From an uncultured Clostridia bacterium (GTDB taxonomy: Bacteria; Bacillota; Clostridia; Christensenellales; UBA3700), in the NCBI GenBank assembly GCA_944383935.1, contig CALWRK010000002.1:1064-65063 (forward strand): a stretch of DNA of 64,000 bases. Direction: 5' to 3'. The notes below the pieces were generated by a model. That model had not been told where the DNA came from. It searched no databases and worked only from the letters and a program-made list of their open reading frames with translations. Position numbers and translations under genes: made by a program. This document shows positions 9,021 through 18,406 of the stretch, in pieces. Numbering within the stretch: position 1 is the stretch's first letter; every line of letters starts with the position of its first letter.

Positions 9021-10197
9021 TTTTCACCTCTCTTACGACCGCACTCGCCCTGCCGTCCGCGCCGGTCAAAGTTATCTCCTCTCCTGCGCTCAGCCGCGAT
9101 ATGCGGTTTACTTCTCCGTCCTTATTGTGTATTATGAAATACCCACGTTTTAGCATATTCTCGGGATTTAACATATTCAGCTTTATCACCTGCGCCTCTA
9201 CGTCCGATTTGCGCTTTGCAAGCAACGCTTTTATTGAATATGCCATAGAGGAGGAAATACCGAGTATATCCGACTTTGCGGAGGCAATCCGCCCGCCCGA
9301 GCGTGAACTCATGCGCATACAAAGCTGATGCAGATCCGAACGCATACGCGATATTTTATCTTCAAGATATCGCTTACACGAGTATATTGTATCGTCGATA
9401 TAAGCCATAAGCTCGTTTGCGTCGAACGCAAGCATCTGTCCTGCTGCGGTGGGAGTGGGAGCGCGCTCGTCCGCAACCATGTCGCAAAGGGTGTAATCCG
9501 TTTCGTGTCCCACTGCGGAGATCACGGGCGTCTTGGCGGCGTATATCGCCTTTACCAGCCCCTCGTCATTAAAAGGCATCAACTCCTCCATGGAGCCTCC
9601 TCCTCTTGCGATGACTATCACGTCGTACCCCTGCTTATCCGCAAGAGCGAGCGCGTCGCATATCTTTGCCGCAGCTTGCGTCCCCTGTACGGGCACGTCG
9701 GCGAGATCTATGTCGGTGTAGGTGTTTCTCGCCCTCATCGTGGTGACTATATCACGTCTTACTGCGCCGGAGAGTGAGGTCAAAACGCACACCCGCTTGG
9801 GATATTTTGGTATGGGACGCTTGTGCGCATCGTCAAAATATCCTTCTTCGCGCAAACGCTTTTTCAACATTTCGAGTTTGATGGCGAGTGCGCCTTCTCC
9901 CAACGGTTTTATGCTGCGCACCACGAAAGACAGCTTGCCCATCTTGTGCCAATAATCCACGCTTCCGAACACGATGACGCTCTCCCCGTTCTTGGGGATA
10001 TATATGTTTTTCATGCCGAAACACGAACAGGCTATCTTGGACGTTTCGTCTTTCAAATCGAAGAACGCGTTTGTTCCCCTGAGTCCGAAACCGCTCACTT
10101 CTCCGCATACGGATATGTCGTGGAGCATCTCCTCCGCCGCAAAAACCCCTTTTATATATCCGTTTAAGACGGTTACGCTCAGAACGTTGTTATTCAT
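9010..10197 (-). CDS. xseA: exodeoxyribonuclease VII large subunit
   Basis: 395 aa. N-terminal OB fold, a central catalytic region (ARGGGSMEEL) and a conserved position upstream of xseB. Confidence 0.9.
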   Translation of the reverse strand: MNNNVLSVTVLNGYIKGVFAAEEMLHDISVCGEVSGFGLRGTNAFFDLKDETSKIACSCFGMKNIYIPKNGESVIVFGSVDYWHKMGKLSFVVRSIKPLGEGALAIKLEMLKKRLREEGYFDDAHKRPIPKYPKRVCVLTSLSGAVRRDIVTTMRARNTYTDIDLADVPVQGTQAAAKICDALALADKQGYDVIVIARGGGSMEELMPFNDEGLVKAIYAAKTPVISAVGHETDYTLCDMVADERAPTPTAAGQMLAFDANELMAYIDDTIYSCKRYLEDKISRMRSDLHQLCMRMSSRSGGRIASAKSDILGISSSMAYSIKALLAKRKSDVEAQVIKLNMLNPENMLKRGYFIIHNKDGEVNRISRLSAGEEITLTGADGRASAVVREVKNDV

Positions 10198-11042
10198 TTT
10201 TCAAGTCTATGCCTTGCCGCGCTCAATGTGTTCGCCAGCAACATGGTTATGGTCATCGGCCCCACTCCCCCAGGCACGGGAGTTATATACGAACAGCGGG
10301 GAGCAACTTCGTCAAAATCCACATCTCCCACAAGTTTGCCGTCCACTCTGTTTATGCCCACGTCTATGACTATGGCGCCGTCTTTTACCATGTCGCCCTT
10401 TAAGAACTTGGGTCTGCCTATCGCCACAACGACGATATCCGCCTTGCGGGTATATTCAGCCAAATTCACGGTCTTGCTGTGGCACACGGTCACCGTGCAA
10501 TCGGCATTTAACAAGAGCATTGCCATGGGCTTGCCTACGGTGTTGCTTCTGCCTATCACCACGGCGTCCTTCCCTTTCAACTCCACTCCAGTGGACTTCA
10601 AAAGGTGCATAATACCCAGCGGCGTGCAGGACACGGTATTGGGGCTGTTCATAGACAGCAAGCCCGTATTGGCGGGACTGAATCCGTCCACATCCTTACT
10701 GTCCGGGATGAGGGAAAGCAAGTATTTCTCGTCATAACCCTTGGGCAGAGGGAGTTGCACCAAAATTCCGTCCACGCTGTCGTCTTCCGCAAGAGATCTT
10801 ATGTATGAAGCTATCTCTTCCTGCGGCGTACCATTCTCGTATTTTTGACATATAGAGCGAAATCCCACCTGTGCACAGCCTTTAATCTTGTTGTTCACAT
10901 AGGTATGCGACGCCGGATCGTCACCCACTATTATCACCGCCAATGCGGGCGCTCTGCCGAATTCTCTTTCAAAATCCGCATTCTCTTGCGCCAATTTTTC
11001 TCTGATATCCGCCGATACCGCCTTTCCGCTTATAAGTTGCAT
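10194..11042 (-). CDS. folD: bifunctional methylenetetrahydrofolate dehydrogenase/cyclohydrolase
   Basis: 282 aa. PASHTYVNNK, ILVQLPLP, GRSNTVGKP and PVPGGVGPMT motifs. Confidence 0.92.
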   Translation of the reverse strand: MQLISGKAVSADIREKLAQENADFEREFGRAPALAVIIVGDDPASHTYVNNKIKGCAQVGFRSICQKYENGTPQEEIASYIRSLAEDDSVDGILVQLPLPKGYDEKYLLSLIPDSKDVDGFSPANTGLLSMNSPNTVSCTPLGIMHLLKSTGVELKGKDAVVIGRSNTVGKPMAMLLLNADCTVTVCHSKTVNLAEYTRKADIVVVAIGRPKFLKGDMVKDGAIVIDVGINRVDGKLVGDVDFDEVAPRCSYITPVPGGVGPMTITMLLANTLSAARHRLEK

Positions 11043-11045
11043 ATG

Positions 11046-11450
11046 CTACTCCTTTAATTTTTTATCCACGCCGGCAAGCACGCCGTTTACAAAGGACGCA
11101 CTACCCTCCGTAGAATAGCGCTTCACCAATTCCAAAACCTCGCTTATAGACACCGGAGTGGGAATATCGGGCATATATTTCATCTCGTATGCCGCTAAAA
11201 GCAACGCCGCCAAATCGGGTTTGAAGTACCTGTCGGGATTAAATCCCGTAGTGCTTTCGGAGATGAGCCTGACTATCTCGTCATAGTTGTCCACAACGCC
11301 GAAATACACCTTGGAAAGGTATTCTTTATCTGCCTGCGTCATGCCGTCCTGGCAACATACCATATCGAAACTGCCGCCGTCTCTGTCCTTGGAAAAGAGA
11401 TACTCGAATATAAGTTTATATGCTCCTTCTCTTGCCAATCTTCTACTCAT
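11046..11450 (-). CDS. nusB: transcription antitermination factor NusB
   Basis: 134 aa. MSRRLAREGAYKLIFEY N-terminus and nusB-folD synteny. Confidence 0.88.
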   Translation of the reverse strand: MSRRLAREGAYKLIFEYLFSKDRDGGSFDMVCCQDGMTQADKEYLSKVYFGVVDNYDEIVRLISESTTGFNPDRYFKPDLAALLLAAYEMKYMPDIPTPVSISEVLELVKRYSTEGSASFVNGVLAGVDKKLKE

Positions 11451-11466
11451 ATAGACCTCTCATGTA

Positions 11467-11498
11467 TAAAAAGCCCCGCCGCCGCTATTGCGGCAGCG
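11467..11498 (-). terminator. rho-independent terminator after asp23
   Basis: Minus-strand RNA cgcugccgc-aaua-gcggcggcg (9 bp including one G-U pair) followed by gggcuuuuua. Confidence 0.55.
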
Positions 11499-11504
11499 AG
11501 GATA

Positions 11505-11861
11505 TCAATCATTGAAAACCACGCCCGCGACAAATACGTTGATAGCTTTCACTTTGTAGTAAGTGGATTCCTCCACAGCCTGTTTGATCTTCTCCTGCAT
11601 ATCGCATACCACCTGCGGAATCACATACCCGTAGTAGACGTTTACGGCGATGTCTATAACCGCCTTGTCGTCCGCCAAGGACACGGTGATGGCGCTCGTT
11701 CTCTTCTTGCGCGAAGGGGTGAACGTGGGACCGTTGTATCCCACCTCATAGGACACAGACGCCACTCCTTCCACCTGAGAAGCCACGCCGCACGCTATGG
11801 ATGATATCACGCTTTGATAAGTATCTTTATTGGACAGATCCTGCTTATTGCTGCTTGTCAT
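11505..11861 (-). CDS. Asp23/Gls24-family envelope stress protein
   Basis: 118 aa with an Asp23-like pattern (IAGVASQVEGVASV...VNVYYGY.IPQV...). Sits at the yqhY position next to nusB. Confidence 0.8.
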   Translation of the reverse strand: MTSSNKQDLSNKDTYQSVISSIACGVASQVEGVASVSYEVGYNGPTFTPSRKKRTSAITVSLADDKAVIDIAVNVYYGYVIPQVVCDMQEKIKQAVEESTYYKVKAINVFVAGVVFND

Positions 11862-11948
11862 ATTTCCTCTCTCGGGTAGTATTATAATAATTATACCCTT
11901 ATTGTAATAAGTTTAGCACATACAAAAAGAAATTTCAACTGTTTGTGC

Positions 11949-12452
11949 TCATTCCTCGGAGTAAGGTACCACGACCACCTGCGTTGCGTTATATTCTGTT
12001 TCTTCCAGTATCACTGAAAGTATTGCCGACACTTGCTCGGAAGTGAGCTCGCTCTGAGATACGACTATGTTTATGTTGTCCTCGCTCATGGTGACGACGG
12101 CGTCTTCAAATCCCTGCGCTTTTACAAGTCCTTCAAGCACGAGTTCCCTCTCTATGGTGTCGATAAGTTCCAGCTTCTTTTCATTGGCGGACGCTATCAG
12201 TTCTTCGGTAGACGTATCGGAAGTGAGTATTGCGTCCAGCAGAGAAAATTCTTCCGCTCTGGCGGTTTCGCGCTCTGCCCTGCACGATGTGAAAAAGGTT
12301 TCGGAAGTGGACACCACCGTGCCGTCCGAGCCGGGCTGGGTCAGCTTGTCATTGAGTACGAAGTTGAGCGTTCCCGTCACGATGAGCAGCGCCACCATCG
12401 AGCACAGCACGATCACCTTCTTTGCGTTTGCCGAAAGTTTTTTAGTTTTCAT
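11949..12452 (-). CDS. spoIIIAH: stage III sporulation protein AH
   Basis: 167 aa. N-terminal TM, last gene of the 8-gene spoIIIA array, YscJ/RBM-like C-terminus, SD GGAGG upstream. Confidence 0.75.
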   Translation of the reverse strand: MKTKKLSANAKKVIVLCSMVALLIVTGTLNFVLNDKLTQPGSDGTVVSTSETFFTSCRAERETARAEEFSLLDAILTSDTSTEELIASANEKKLELIDTIERELVLEGLVKAQGFEDAVVTMSEDNINIVVSQSELTSEQVSAILSVILEETEYNATQVVVVPYSEE

Positions 12453-12472
12453 ATATTACCTCCGTTGGGTTG

Positions 12473-12859
12473 TTAATTTTTCTTATATACCTTTATCTTC
12501 CCGCCGTCCACATCCAAAAGAGTGCACACAACGTCTATAATCTTCAATTTTATCTTCATGTCGTCTGCGCCTTGGGCAGACACAACCACGCCTTCCGCAG
12601 TTCCGTCTTGCGAATAAGTTATCATTACGGAACACTCCCCCACTCCGCTTATGCTCTCCAAAAGCGATTGAAGCCGCTCTTCTTCCTCGGTGATACTCGC
12701 GCTTTCCGAATATGTGGGCGACGTCAATCCCCCCTCATCTTTTTCGCTTATTCCCAACCATACCAAAAGCGCAATACATATCACGCCTGCCAACACGATA
12801 AGTTCAATATGTTTTATCGTCTTCAGTTTTTCCGCAAATGCCTTGAATTTACCCTTCAT
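12473..12859 (-). CDS. spoIIIAG: stage III sporulation protein AG (short form)
   Basis: Positioned between AF and AH. TM segment plus C-terminal ISGVGECSVMI...EGVVVVSAQGADD...IKVYK ring-building-like motif. Start taken at ATG 12859 (ATGA overlap with the AF stop). Confidence 0.65.
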   Translation of the reverse strand: MKGKFKAFAEKLKTIKHIELIVLAGVICIALLVWLGISEKDEGGLTSPTYSESASITEEEERLQSLLESISGVGECSVMITYSQDGTAEGVVVSAQGADDMKIKLKIIDVVCTLLDVDGGKIKVYKKN

Positions 12860-13212
12860 TTCACGTCCTCGCACTCGCATGACAAGCAGTATATATCGCT
12901 TTCTGTAATATATATATTTGCCGAATTTTCAGGTATGACATATCTTTCTCCATTTATTGCGGCTTGCTCGCCCGTTATCTCTTCAAGTTTGTCCAGCAGT
13001 TCTTCGTCGGCGACGATGTCGTTCTGTCGTATCACTTGCTCCAAGTCCCATTCTCCGCTCAAAAACAGCGGAATGGGCGCAACTATCGCAGCCACAACGA
13101 ACACAGCCAAAAATCCTTTGATATATTTCGCGGTTTCCCCTTCCGGAAGCAGAATGTCCGCCAAAGTCGCCAAAGCTATAACGCCCACGATTCCCATTAT
13201 CCACCCACTCAT
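12856..13212 (-). CDS. spoIIIAF: stage III sporulation protein AF
   Basis: Start taken at MSGWIMGIVGVIALATLADILLP (ATGA overlap with the AE stop). Two N-terminal TM segments. Call rests mainly on position in the operon. Confidence 0.7.
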   Translation of the reverse strand: MSGWIMGIVGVIALATLADILLPEGETAKYIKGFLAVFVVAAIVAPIPLFLSGEWDLEQVIRQNDIVADEELLDKLEEITGEQAAINGERYVIPENSANIYITESDIYCLSCECEDVK

Positions 13213-14396
13213 AATACCCCCGCATTGCAAGTGCCTATGACAAGCATTACGATTATCACGAACATAAACGCCATTCCAGCCAGCGCCGCCGTAAGCAAAT
13301 TGGTGTTTTTTGACACCCCGTAGAGTAAATCGCTTATCCTCTTGTCCGAACAGATGGGCTCGCACAACCCCGCCGTAAGTTTTAATCCAAGAGTAAACAT
13401 TGCCGTGTGTATTATAGGTACCGCCACAGCCGCAACCAACAGCATAACGCTGACCATCCCGAGCGAATTTTTTATAAGAATAATGCCGGTCAAAGCCAAA
13501 TCCAGCCCGTCGGAGAGATAGCCTCCCAATATGGGAATATAGCTCTGGACGGCAAACTTAGCCGTTTTTATGGATATGGAATCGGCAAGTCCTCCCACCA
13601 GCCCCTGAATGGTGAGAAAGCCGGCGAACAGGGAAAAAGCCCCCGCCAGAATAAATACGGCGGCGGATTTGAAGAATTTGGTCAGTCTGCCCAATTTTAT
13701 GCCGGATGAGATATTTCCCACTATACTCAATACGACTGCTGCCACAAAACACGGTAACACTACGGAGGTTATTACGGAACCTATCGCCGTGGAGAGGATT
13801 GCCATTAGCGGAGAATACACTCCCGCGGCGGTGGACGATCCCAGAGCGGTGATAAGCGCCAAAAGAACGGGAAATACCGCCTGCATGAGAGAATTCATAC
13901 CCGATATCGTTTCCTTTACCTGCACAATTACGGATGTTATCTGTACCGATAAAATCACTATTATCGCTGCATAACAGGCAAAATGCACTATTTCGCGCGT
14001 GTTGTCTCGCAAAAATCCCGAAGAAAGCCCCTGCATCATACTCGTCATAACGGCTATGGCGAATATCGCCGCAAATGCGGGCACAATCCTCTTTATGCCG
14101 CCGGTGATCGCGTCGGTTATTACGGAAAAAAATTGCTCCGCCCCCGCGGAAAATTCTCCGTCCAGCACAGAATTTACCATATCTTTTACGCTTTGAGAAA
14201 ATGTAGCGTTCGCCCCGTACTCCTCCGCCCACTCCTCCAAAGCGGAAAAGTCTATGGCGTCCAAACTCTCATGCACCTTGTCTTCCAACTCTTGTACGGC
14301 GTCATTGCCTGCGGCATTATCTTCCGCGACCGCTGTAAAAGTGGAGAAAGTAACGAGGAAAAGTATTATGATTGACAATAGAATATACTTTTTCAT
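13209..14396 (-). CDS. spoIIIAE: stage III sporulation protein AE
   Basis: Signal-like MKKYILLSIIILFLV start (ATGA overlap with the AD stop), followed by a polytopic membrane protein of about 395 aa. Confidence 0.8.
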   Translation of the reverse strand: MKKYILLSIIILFLVTFSTFTAVAEDNAAGNDAVQELEDKVHESLDAIDFSALEEWAEEYGANATFSQSVKDMVNSVLDGEFSAGAEQFFSVITDAITGGIKRIVPAFAAIFAIAVMTSMMQGLSSGFLRDNTREIVHFACYAAIIVILSVQITSVIVQVKETISGMNSLMQAVFPVLLALITALGSSTAAGVYSPLMAILSTAIGSVITSVVLPCFVAAVVLSIVGNISSGIKLGRLTKFFKSAAVFILAGAFSLFAGFLTIQGLVGGLADSISIKTAKFAVQSYIPILGGYLSDGLDLALTGIILIKNSLGMVSVMLLVAAVAVPIIHTAMFTLGLKLTAGLCEPICSDKRISDLLYGVSKNTNLLTAALAGMAFMFVIIVMLVIGTCNAGVL

Positions 14397-14779
14397 GATA
14401 TGAGCGCCGCGATGGATTTGATTAGCCCGGTCACTATGGGCATTGCTGTGAGAAAGATGGTTATCTTTCCCGCCAAAGATATCTTCTTCCCGATAGAAGC
14501 CGCATCCATGTCGTTGCATAGGCTTACAGAGTACTCGGTAAGATAGCCTATCCCTATTATCTTTAACAGGGAAGTAAATAGCGATCTGTTTAGATTGGTC
14601 TTGTCCACAATCTCTTCAAACGCCACTATGACGTCGGATAGAGCGGAGAGAGTTATTATCAATATCACTATTCCCGCCGCTATCACAGCCATGGGCGCGT
14701 ATTCGCTGCGGGTGTGCCTCAATATGAGCGCAGACACTGCCCCCACTATGCCTATTCCTATCACCTTTACTATATCCAT
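14393..14779 (-). CDS. spoIIIAD: stage III sporulation protein AD
   Basis: 128-aa four-TM protein, MDIVKVIGIGIVGAV..., with operon position consistent with AD. Confidence 0.8.
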   Translation of the reverse strand: MDIVKVIGIGIVGAVSALILRHTRSEYAPMAVIAAGIVILIITLSALSDVIVAFEEIVDKTNLNRSLFTSLLKIIGIGYLTEYSVSLCNDMDAASIGKKISLAGKITIFLTAMPIVTGLIKSIAALIS

Positions 14780-14976
14780 CAGTACAGATTGAGCAAGGAG
14801 CGCAAGCTGTCAAAGAGTCCGCCCAGCATATCCAATATCATCACCAGCACTATGATAAGTCCCGCCAAGGTGACAAAAGTGGCTATCTCGTCCTTGTCAC
14901 TCTTTTTGAGTATGACGTTTATTATGGCGGTGAGTATGCCTACGCCCGCGATCTTGAATATAGCATCTATCTCCAT
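14779..14976 (-). CDS. spoIIIAC: stage III sporulation protein AC
   Basis: 65-aa two-TM protein, MEIDAIFKIAGVGILTAIINVILKKSDKDE, typical of SpoIIIAC. Confidence 0.8.
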   Translation of the reverse strand: MEIDAIFKIAGVGILTAIINVILKKSDKDEIATFVTLAGLIIVLVMILDMLGGLFDSLRSLLNLY

Positions 14977-14984
14977 TTCCCCTC

Positions 14985-15485
14985 CTATGCGGCAAGTATC
15001 ATGGCTGCGATCCCCAGCACCACGCCCAGCTTGAATGCCAATATGCCGGTCGTGTCGTATTTTTGTTTATAAAAGTTCATAGGTGCTTCTGCCGCCGCCC
15101 TAGCTTTTCTTAAATTCTCCAACTGGGTATCAGAGTCCACCTTTCCCAGCCCGTAAAATACGCTTTCCATCTCTCTTTTTTGCCGTTTGTCTATGTAGGG
15201 AGAAGATAGCATCTTGTCAAAGTCCTCCCTGTCCAATCGCCCCTCTTCCAGCATTTTTTTATAGGTGAGCAATATCTTTATAAAATCGCCCTTCTTGCCC
15301 TTGCAATACTCCCCCGTACTCTCCGCAAGAGGAGTTTTGAGAAAGCCTATATCTTCTTGCAGATAGTCTAAATATCCGGCATATTGCTTAAAAAGTTCTT
15401 TACGCCTGCGGTAATATGCGCGGATCCCCATACCCGTGTAGGCAAAGCAGGCAAAGAGTATTCCTCCTATCACCAATTCAAGCAT
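14985..15485 (-). CDS. spoIIIAB: stage III sporulation protein AB
   Basis: 166 aa with TM segments at both ends and a helical soluble middle. Operon position consistent with AB. Confidence 0.75.
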   Translation of the reverse strand: MLELVIGGILFACFAYTGMGIRAYYRRRKELFKQYAGYLDYLQEDIGFLKTPLAESTGEYCKGKKGDFIKILLTYKKMLEEGRLDREDFDKMLSSPYIDKRQKREMESVFYGLGKVDSDTQLENLRKARAAAEAPMNFYKQKYDTTGILAFKLGVVLGIAAMILAA

Positions 15486-16350
15486 TCCTTCGCCCCCTGT
15501 CGTATATTGCGCTCACCTTGCCTATTGCGCCAAGGACGACAAAGTATCTCATAACCTTGCACAGCGGCGAGTAAGTTTCGTCGGAAAATATATCGTTTAT
15601 GCCTGCGGCGTGAAGGGACGCGAATACATACACCCCGCACCGCGATATGTCCAGGATTGACCTGACTTCCTCTGCTCCGAAAACTTCGTCGGTGATTATT
15701 ATATCCGGGCGCATGGTGCGCACTAACGTGGCGTATGCCGTTATTTTTGGGATATTGCAAGCCACATCGCACATATCGCCCGTTTCCACCTGCATAATGC
15801 CTTCGTGGACGGGTATAAGCTCCCCGCGCTCGTCCAGCACGAGCACGTTATATCTTGACGAAAGTTCGCGGGCACACTCTCTCAGCATAGTGGTCTTACC
15901 CAGCCCGGGAGGGGAAATAATCAACGTATTGCCTATATTTTCTAATATGTTCTGCAATTTTTCACAGCACCCTTTCACCTCGTGCGGAATACGGATGCAC
16001 AGGGAAGTGACATTCTTTATGGTGAACAGCCTTCCGTTTTTCATCACCCCTTCTCCGCATATCCCTATCCTGTATCCCTTTCCGCACACGATATACCCGC
16101 GGGCGATACTGTCGTTTACGGCATACACGGAATGTCCCGTAGCCATTCCTATCACCCTCTCTATATCTTCCGCTGTAACGGGACAGTCGGGTAAAGAGTG
16201 ATATTTTCCACCGCACGCATATGAAACGGGCTTACCCGCGCGCAATCTGAGCTCGGTGATATCTTGCTCTCTCACGCGGGCAAATACGGCATTATATATG
16301 CTTTCTGTCAACAACTTGTCCAACATTCCTGTTTTAATATATTTGGACAA
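15478..16350 (-). CDS. spoIIIAA: stage III sporulation protein AA (secretion-type ATPase)
   Basis: Walker A ISPPGLGKTTMLRE and Walker B-like VLVLDE. First gene of the spoIIIA array. The start codon is uncertain (TTG 16350 or ATG 16326). Confidence 0.8.
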   Translation of the reverse strand: MSKYIKTGMLDKLLTESIYNAVFARVREQDITELRLRAGKPVSYACGGKYHSLPDCPVTAEDIERVIGMATGHSVYAVNDSIARGYIVCGKGYRIGICGEGVMKNGRLFTIKNVTSLCIRIPHEVKGCCEKLQNILENIGNTLIISPPGLGKTTMLRECARELSSRYNVLVLDERGELIPVHEGIMQVETGDMCDVACNIPKITAYATLVRTMRPDIIITDEVFGAEEVRSILDISRCGVYVFASLHAAGINDIFSDETYSPLCKVMRYFVVLGAIGKVSAIYDRGRRNA

Positions 16351-16367
16351 GCACGCCGATATGCCCT

Positions 16368-16571
16368 CTAAGTACGATTTTTTGATTTCCTCGATAAGAG
16401 TTTTTTGTGAATATTCCTAAGTTTTTCGTTTTTGATCTCTCTGCCCGCCTTGGTGTAGCAGTAAAGTGACAATATCAAAAACGGAGTTGTGGGAAGAAGC
16501 GGCATAACCACACCGATGGAACCTACCGCGAGAAACGCCGATGCCAAGATCGTGAGAAAGGTGTTGCACAT
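16368..16571 (-). CDS. short DUF454/YbaN-like membrane protein (N-terminal half only)
   Basis: From ATG 16571: MCNTFLTILASAFLAVGSIGVVMPLLPTTPFLILSLYCY, matching the YbaN-family LPLLPTTPF core. The longer track ORF (to 16748) would run through the efp terminator. Confidence 0.4.
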   Translation of the reverse strand: MCNTFLTILASAFLAVGSIGVVMPLLPTTPFLILSLYCYTKAGREIKNEKLRNIHKKLLSRKSKNRT

Positions 16572-16713
16572 CTTACGCTCTTTTGCGCCAAGTTCCGGCT
16601 CATTACGCGAATTTACCGAACCTACCCTCTTAACGGAGATATCTTGAATGCTTACTTGACGCGCAACTACCTTTCTCATAATAAAAAATATGTTTTTTAC
16701 GCGCATAAGTTGC

Positions 16714-16738
16714 AAAAAAAATCCGCCCGAAGGCGGAT
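16714..16738 (-). terminator. rho-independent terminator of efp
   Basis: Minus-strand AUCCGCC-uucg-GGCGGAU followed by UUUUUUUU, 22 nt after the efp stop. Confidence 0.85.
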
Positions 16739-16760
16739 AATTTTCCATGCGATATTGTAG

Positions 16761-17327
16761 TCAGACTCTGGACATATACGAGCCGGTACGGGTATCCACT
16801 CTTATTGTGTCTCCTTCGTTTACAAACAGCGGCACATTGAGGGTATAGCCTGTTTCCAGGGTGGCGGGCTTGGACGCACCGGTTGCGGTGTTGCCCTTCA
16901 CGCCGGGTTCGCTGTGCACTATCTTCAACTCCACAAAGTTGGGAGCGTCTACGGAGAAGGGGCTTCCGTTATAGAAGTTGATGGTCACTTCGCCGTTTTC
17001 GGGCACAAATTGAAGAGCTTCTTTACACACTTCGCCGTTGAGCGGGATCATATCGAACGTTTCGGGATCCATGAAATAGTACAGATCGCCGTCGTTGTAC
17101 GAATAAGTGTAAGTCTTGCGTTGAATATGGGCGGTGGGGAACTTGTCCGTAGGGTTGAAAGTCTTTTCGATCACGCCTCCGGAGATAACGTTGCGCAACT
17201 TCGTGCGTACGAACGCAGCGCCTTTACCGGGCTTGACGTGCAAAAAGTCCACTATCGTGTAGACCTTGCCGTCCATCTCAAAAGTAACGCCGTTCCTGAA
17301 ATCACCTGCCATTACGAAATCAGCCAT
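16761..17327 (-). CDS. efp: elongation factor P
   Basis: 188 aa. [16 protein letters not shown] motif. SD GGAGG upstream. Confidence 0.95.
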   Translation of the reverse strand: MADFVMAGDFRNGVTFEMDGKVYTIVDFLHVKPGKGAAFVRTKLRNVISGGVIEKTFNPTDKFPTAHIQRKTYTYSYNDGDLYYFMDPETFDMIPLNGEVCKEALQFVPENGEVTINFYNGSPFSVDAPNFVELKIVHSEPGVKGNTATGASKPATLETGYTLNVPLFVNEGDTIRVDTRTGSYMSRV

Positions 17328-17347
17328 AAAAAACCTCCGATAATAGT

Positions 17348-18406
17348 CTACTTTATAATAATAAGCGATTTATCCGACTTTGTCAAATTATCCACGCCAT
17401 CTTGTGTAATTTTTACCATATCTTCTATACGAATACCGAAGCTGCCGTCAAAATACACTCCCGGTTCCACCGTTATTACCTGTCCCGCGCGCAAGGGCTC
17501 GGCATTATAATAAGGCTCCTCGTGTATGTCGATTCCCACGCCGTGACCGAGGGAATGCGTAAAATTTTTATCCATGCCGCAGTCGGAGAAAAATTTTTGT
17601 ATGTCCGCTTGAACTTCTGCGCCGATAACGCCTGCGTGCAAAGCGGAAATCCCGCGAATATTAGCCTGTAAGACGGTATTATACGCCTCCGCTTTGCGTC
17701 CGTCTATACTCTTATATGCCACAGTTCTGGTCATATCCGAGCAATATCCGTTCCATCTTGCGCCGAAATCCATCGTCACCAGATCGCCCTCTTTGAGCTC
17801 TCTGTCCGAATGATGGGCGTGCGGCTTGGCGCCGTTTTCTCCGAAAGCCATAATCGTATCGAAAGCAAGCCCCGCTCCTTTGGATTTGATGATATACTCC
17901 AAGCGGGCGGCAAGTTGCGTTTCTGTGACGCCCTCTTTGATAAAGGGGAGAATTTCCGTAAACGCGGCGTCTGTGATCGCCTGTGCATTTTTTATACACT
18001 CTATTTCATACGCGCTCTTCACCGAACGCATTTTACAAAGTACTCCCGATATGTCCTTTACTGCTCCGAACACCGTGCCGGGCTTATGCATATACCCCAG
18101 CGCACGATGATAGGTATTGTGCGGCATTTCCATTTCCACACCCACCCTAGCACAGCGTTTAAGCAGCTTACACGCCTGTTCAATGCTCCCTTCTCCTATC
18201 GTATAGTCGGAAGAGATACGCTCTCCCGCCTCGGAGAGATAGCGTTTATCGGTAAAGTAGAACGCGCCCTCTTTTGTAATGGCGATCGCCGCCTGTGTGG
18301 AAGCATAGCCCGTGAGATATATCCTGTTGGAGTCGGTAAATACAAGCGCTCCGTCCACTTTTGCCAAATCCAAGATTCGTCTGCACTCGTCAACGTTTAA
18401 CGGCAT
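17348..18406 (-). CDS. pepP: Xaa-Pro aminopeptidase (M24B)
   Basis: 352 aa. [27 protein letters not shown] and VEPGVY metal-ligand motifs. Sits at the yqhT position upstream of efp. Confidence 0.85.
   Translation of the reverse strand: MPLNVDECRRILDLAKVDGALVFTDSNRIYLTGYASTQAAIAITKEGAFYFTDKRYLSEAGERISSDYTIGEGSIEQACKLLKRCARVGVEMEMPHNTYHRALGYMHKPGTVFGAVKDISGVLCKMRSVKSAYEIECIKNAQAITDAAFTEILPFIKEGVTETQLAARLEYIIKSKGAGLAFDTIMAFGENGAKPHAHHSDRELKEGDLVTMDFGARWNGYCSDMTRTVAYKSIDGRKAEAYNTVLQANIRGISALHAGVIGAEVQADIQKFFSDCGMDKNFTHSLGHGVGIDIHEEPYYNAEPLRAGQVITVEPGVYFDGSFGIRIEDMVKITQDGVDNLTKSDKSLIIIK

Noticed and set aside
11862-11948. Several overlapping promoter-like hexamers upstream of asp23 (TTGAAA-17-TAAACT; two TATAAT boxes)
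   Set aside because: The AT-rich spacer offers multiple mutually exclusive solutions, so no single promoter can be picked without TSS data.
16351-16460. Search for a sigma-E-type promoter in front of spoIIIAA (GAATATT seen as a possible -35)
   Set aside because: No CATACA-T-like -10 lies at the right spacing, so no site is reported.
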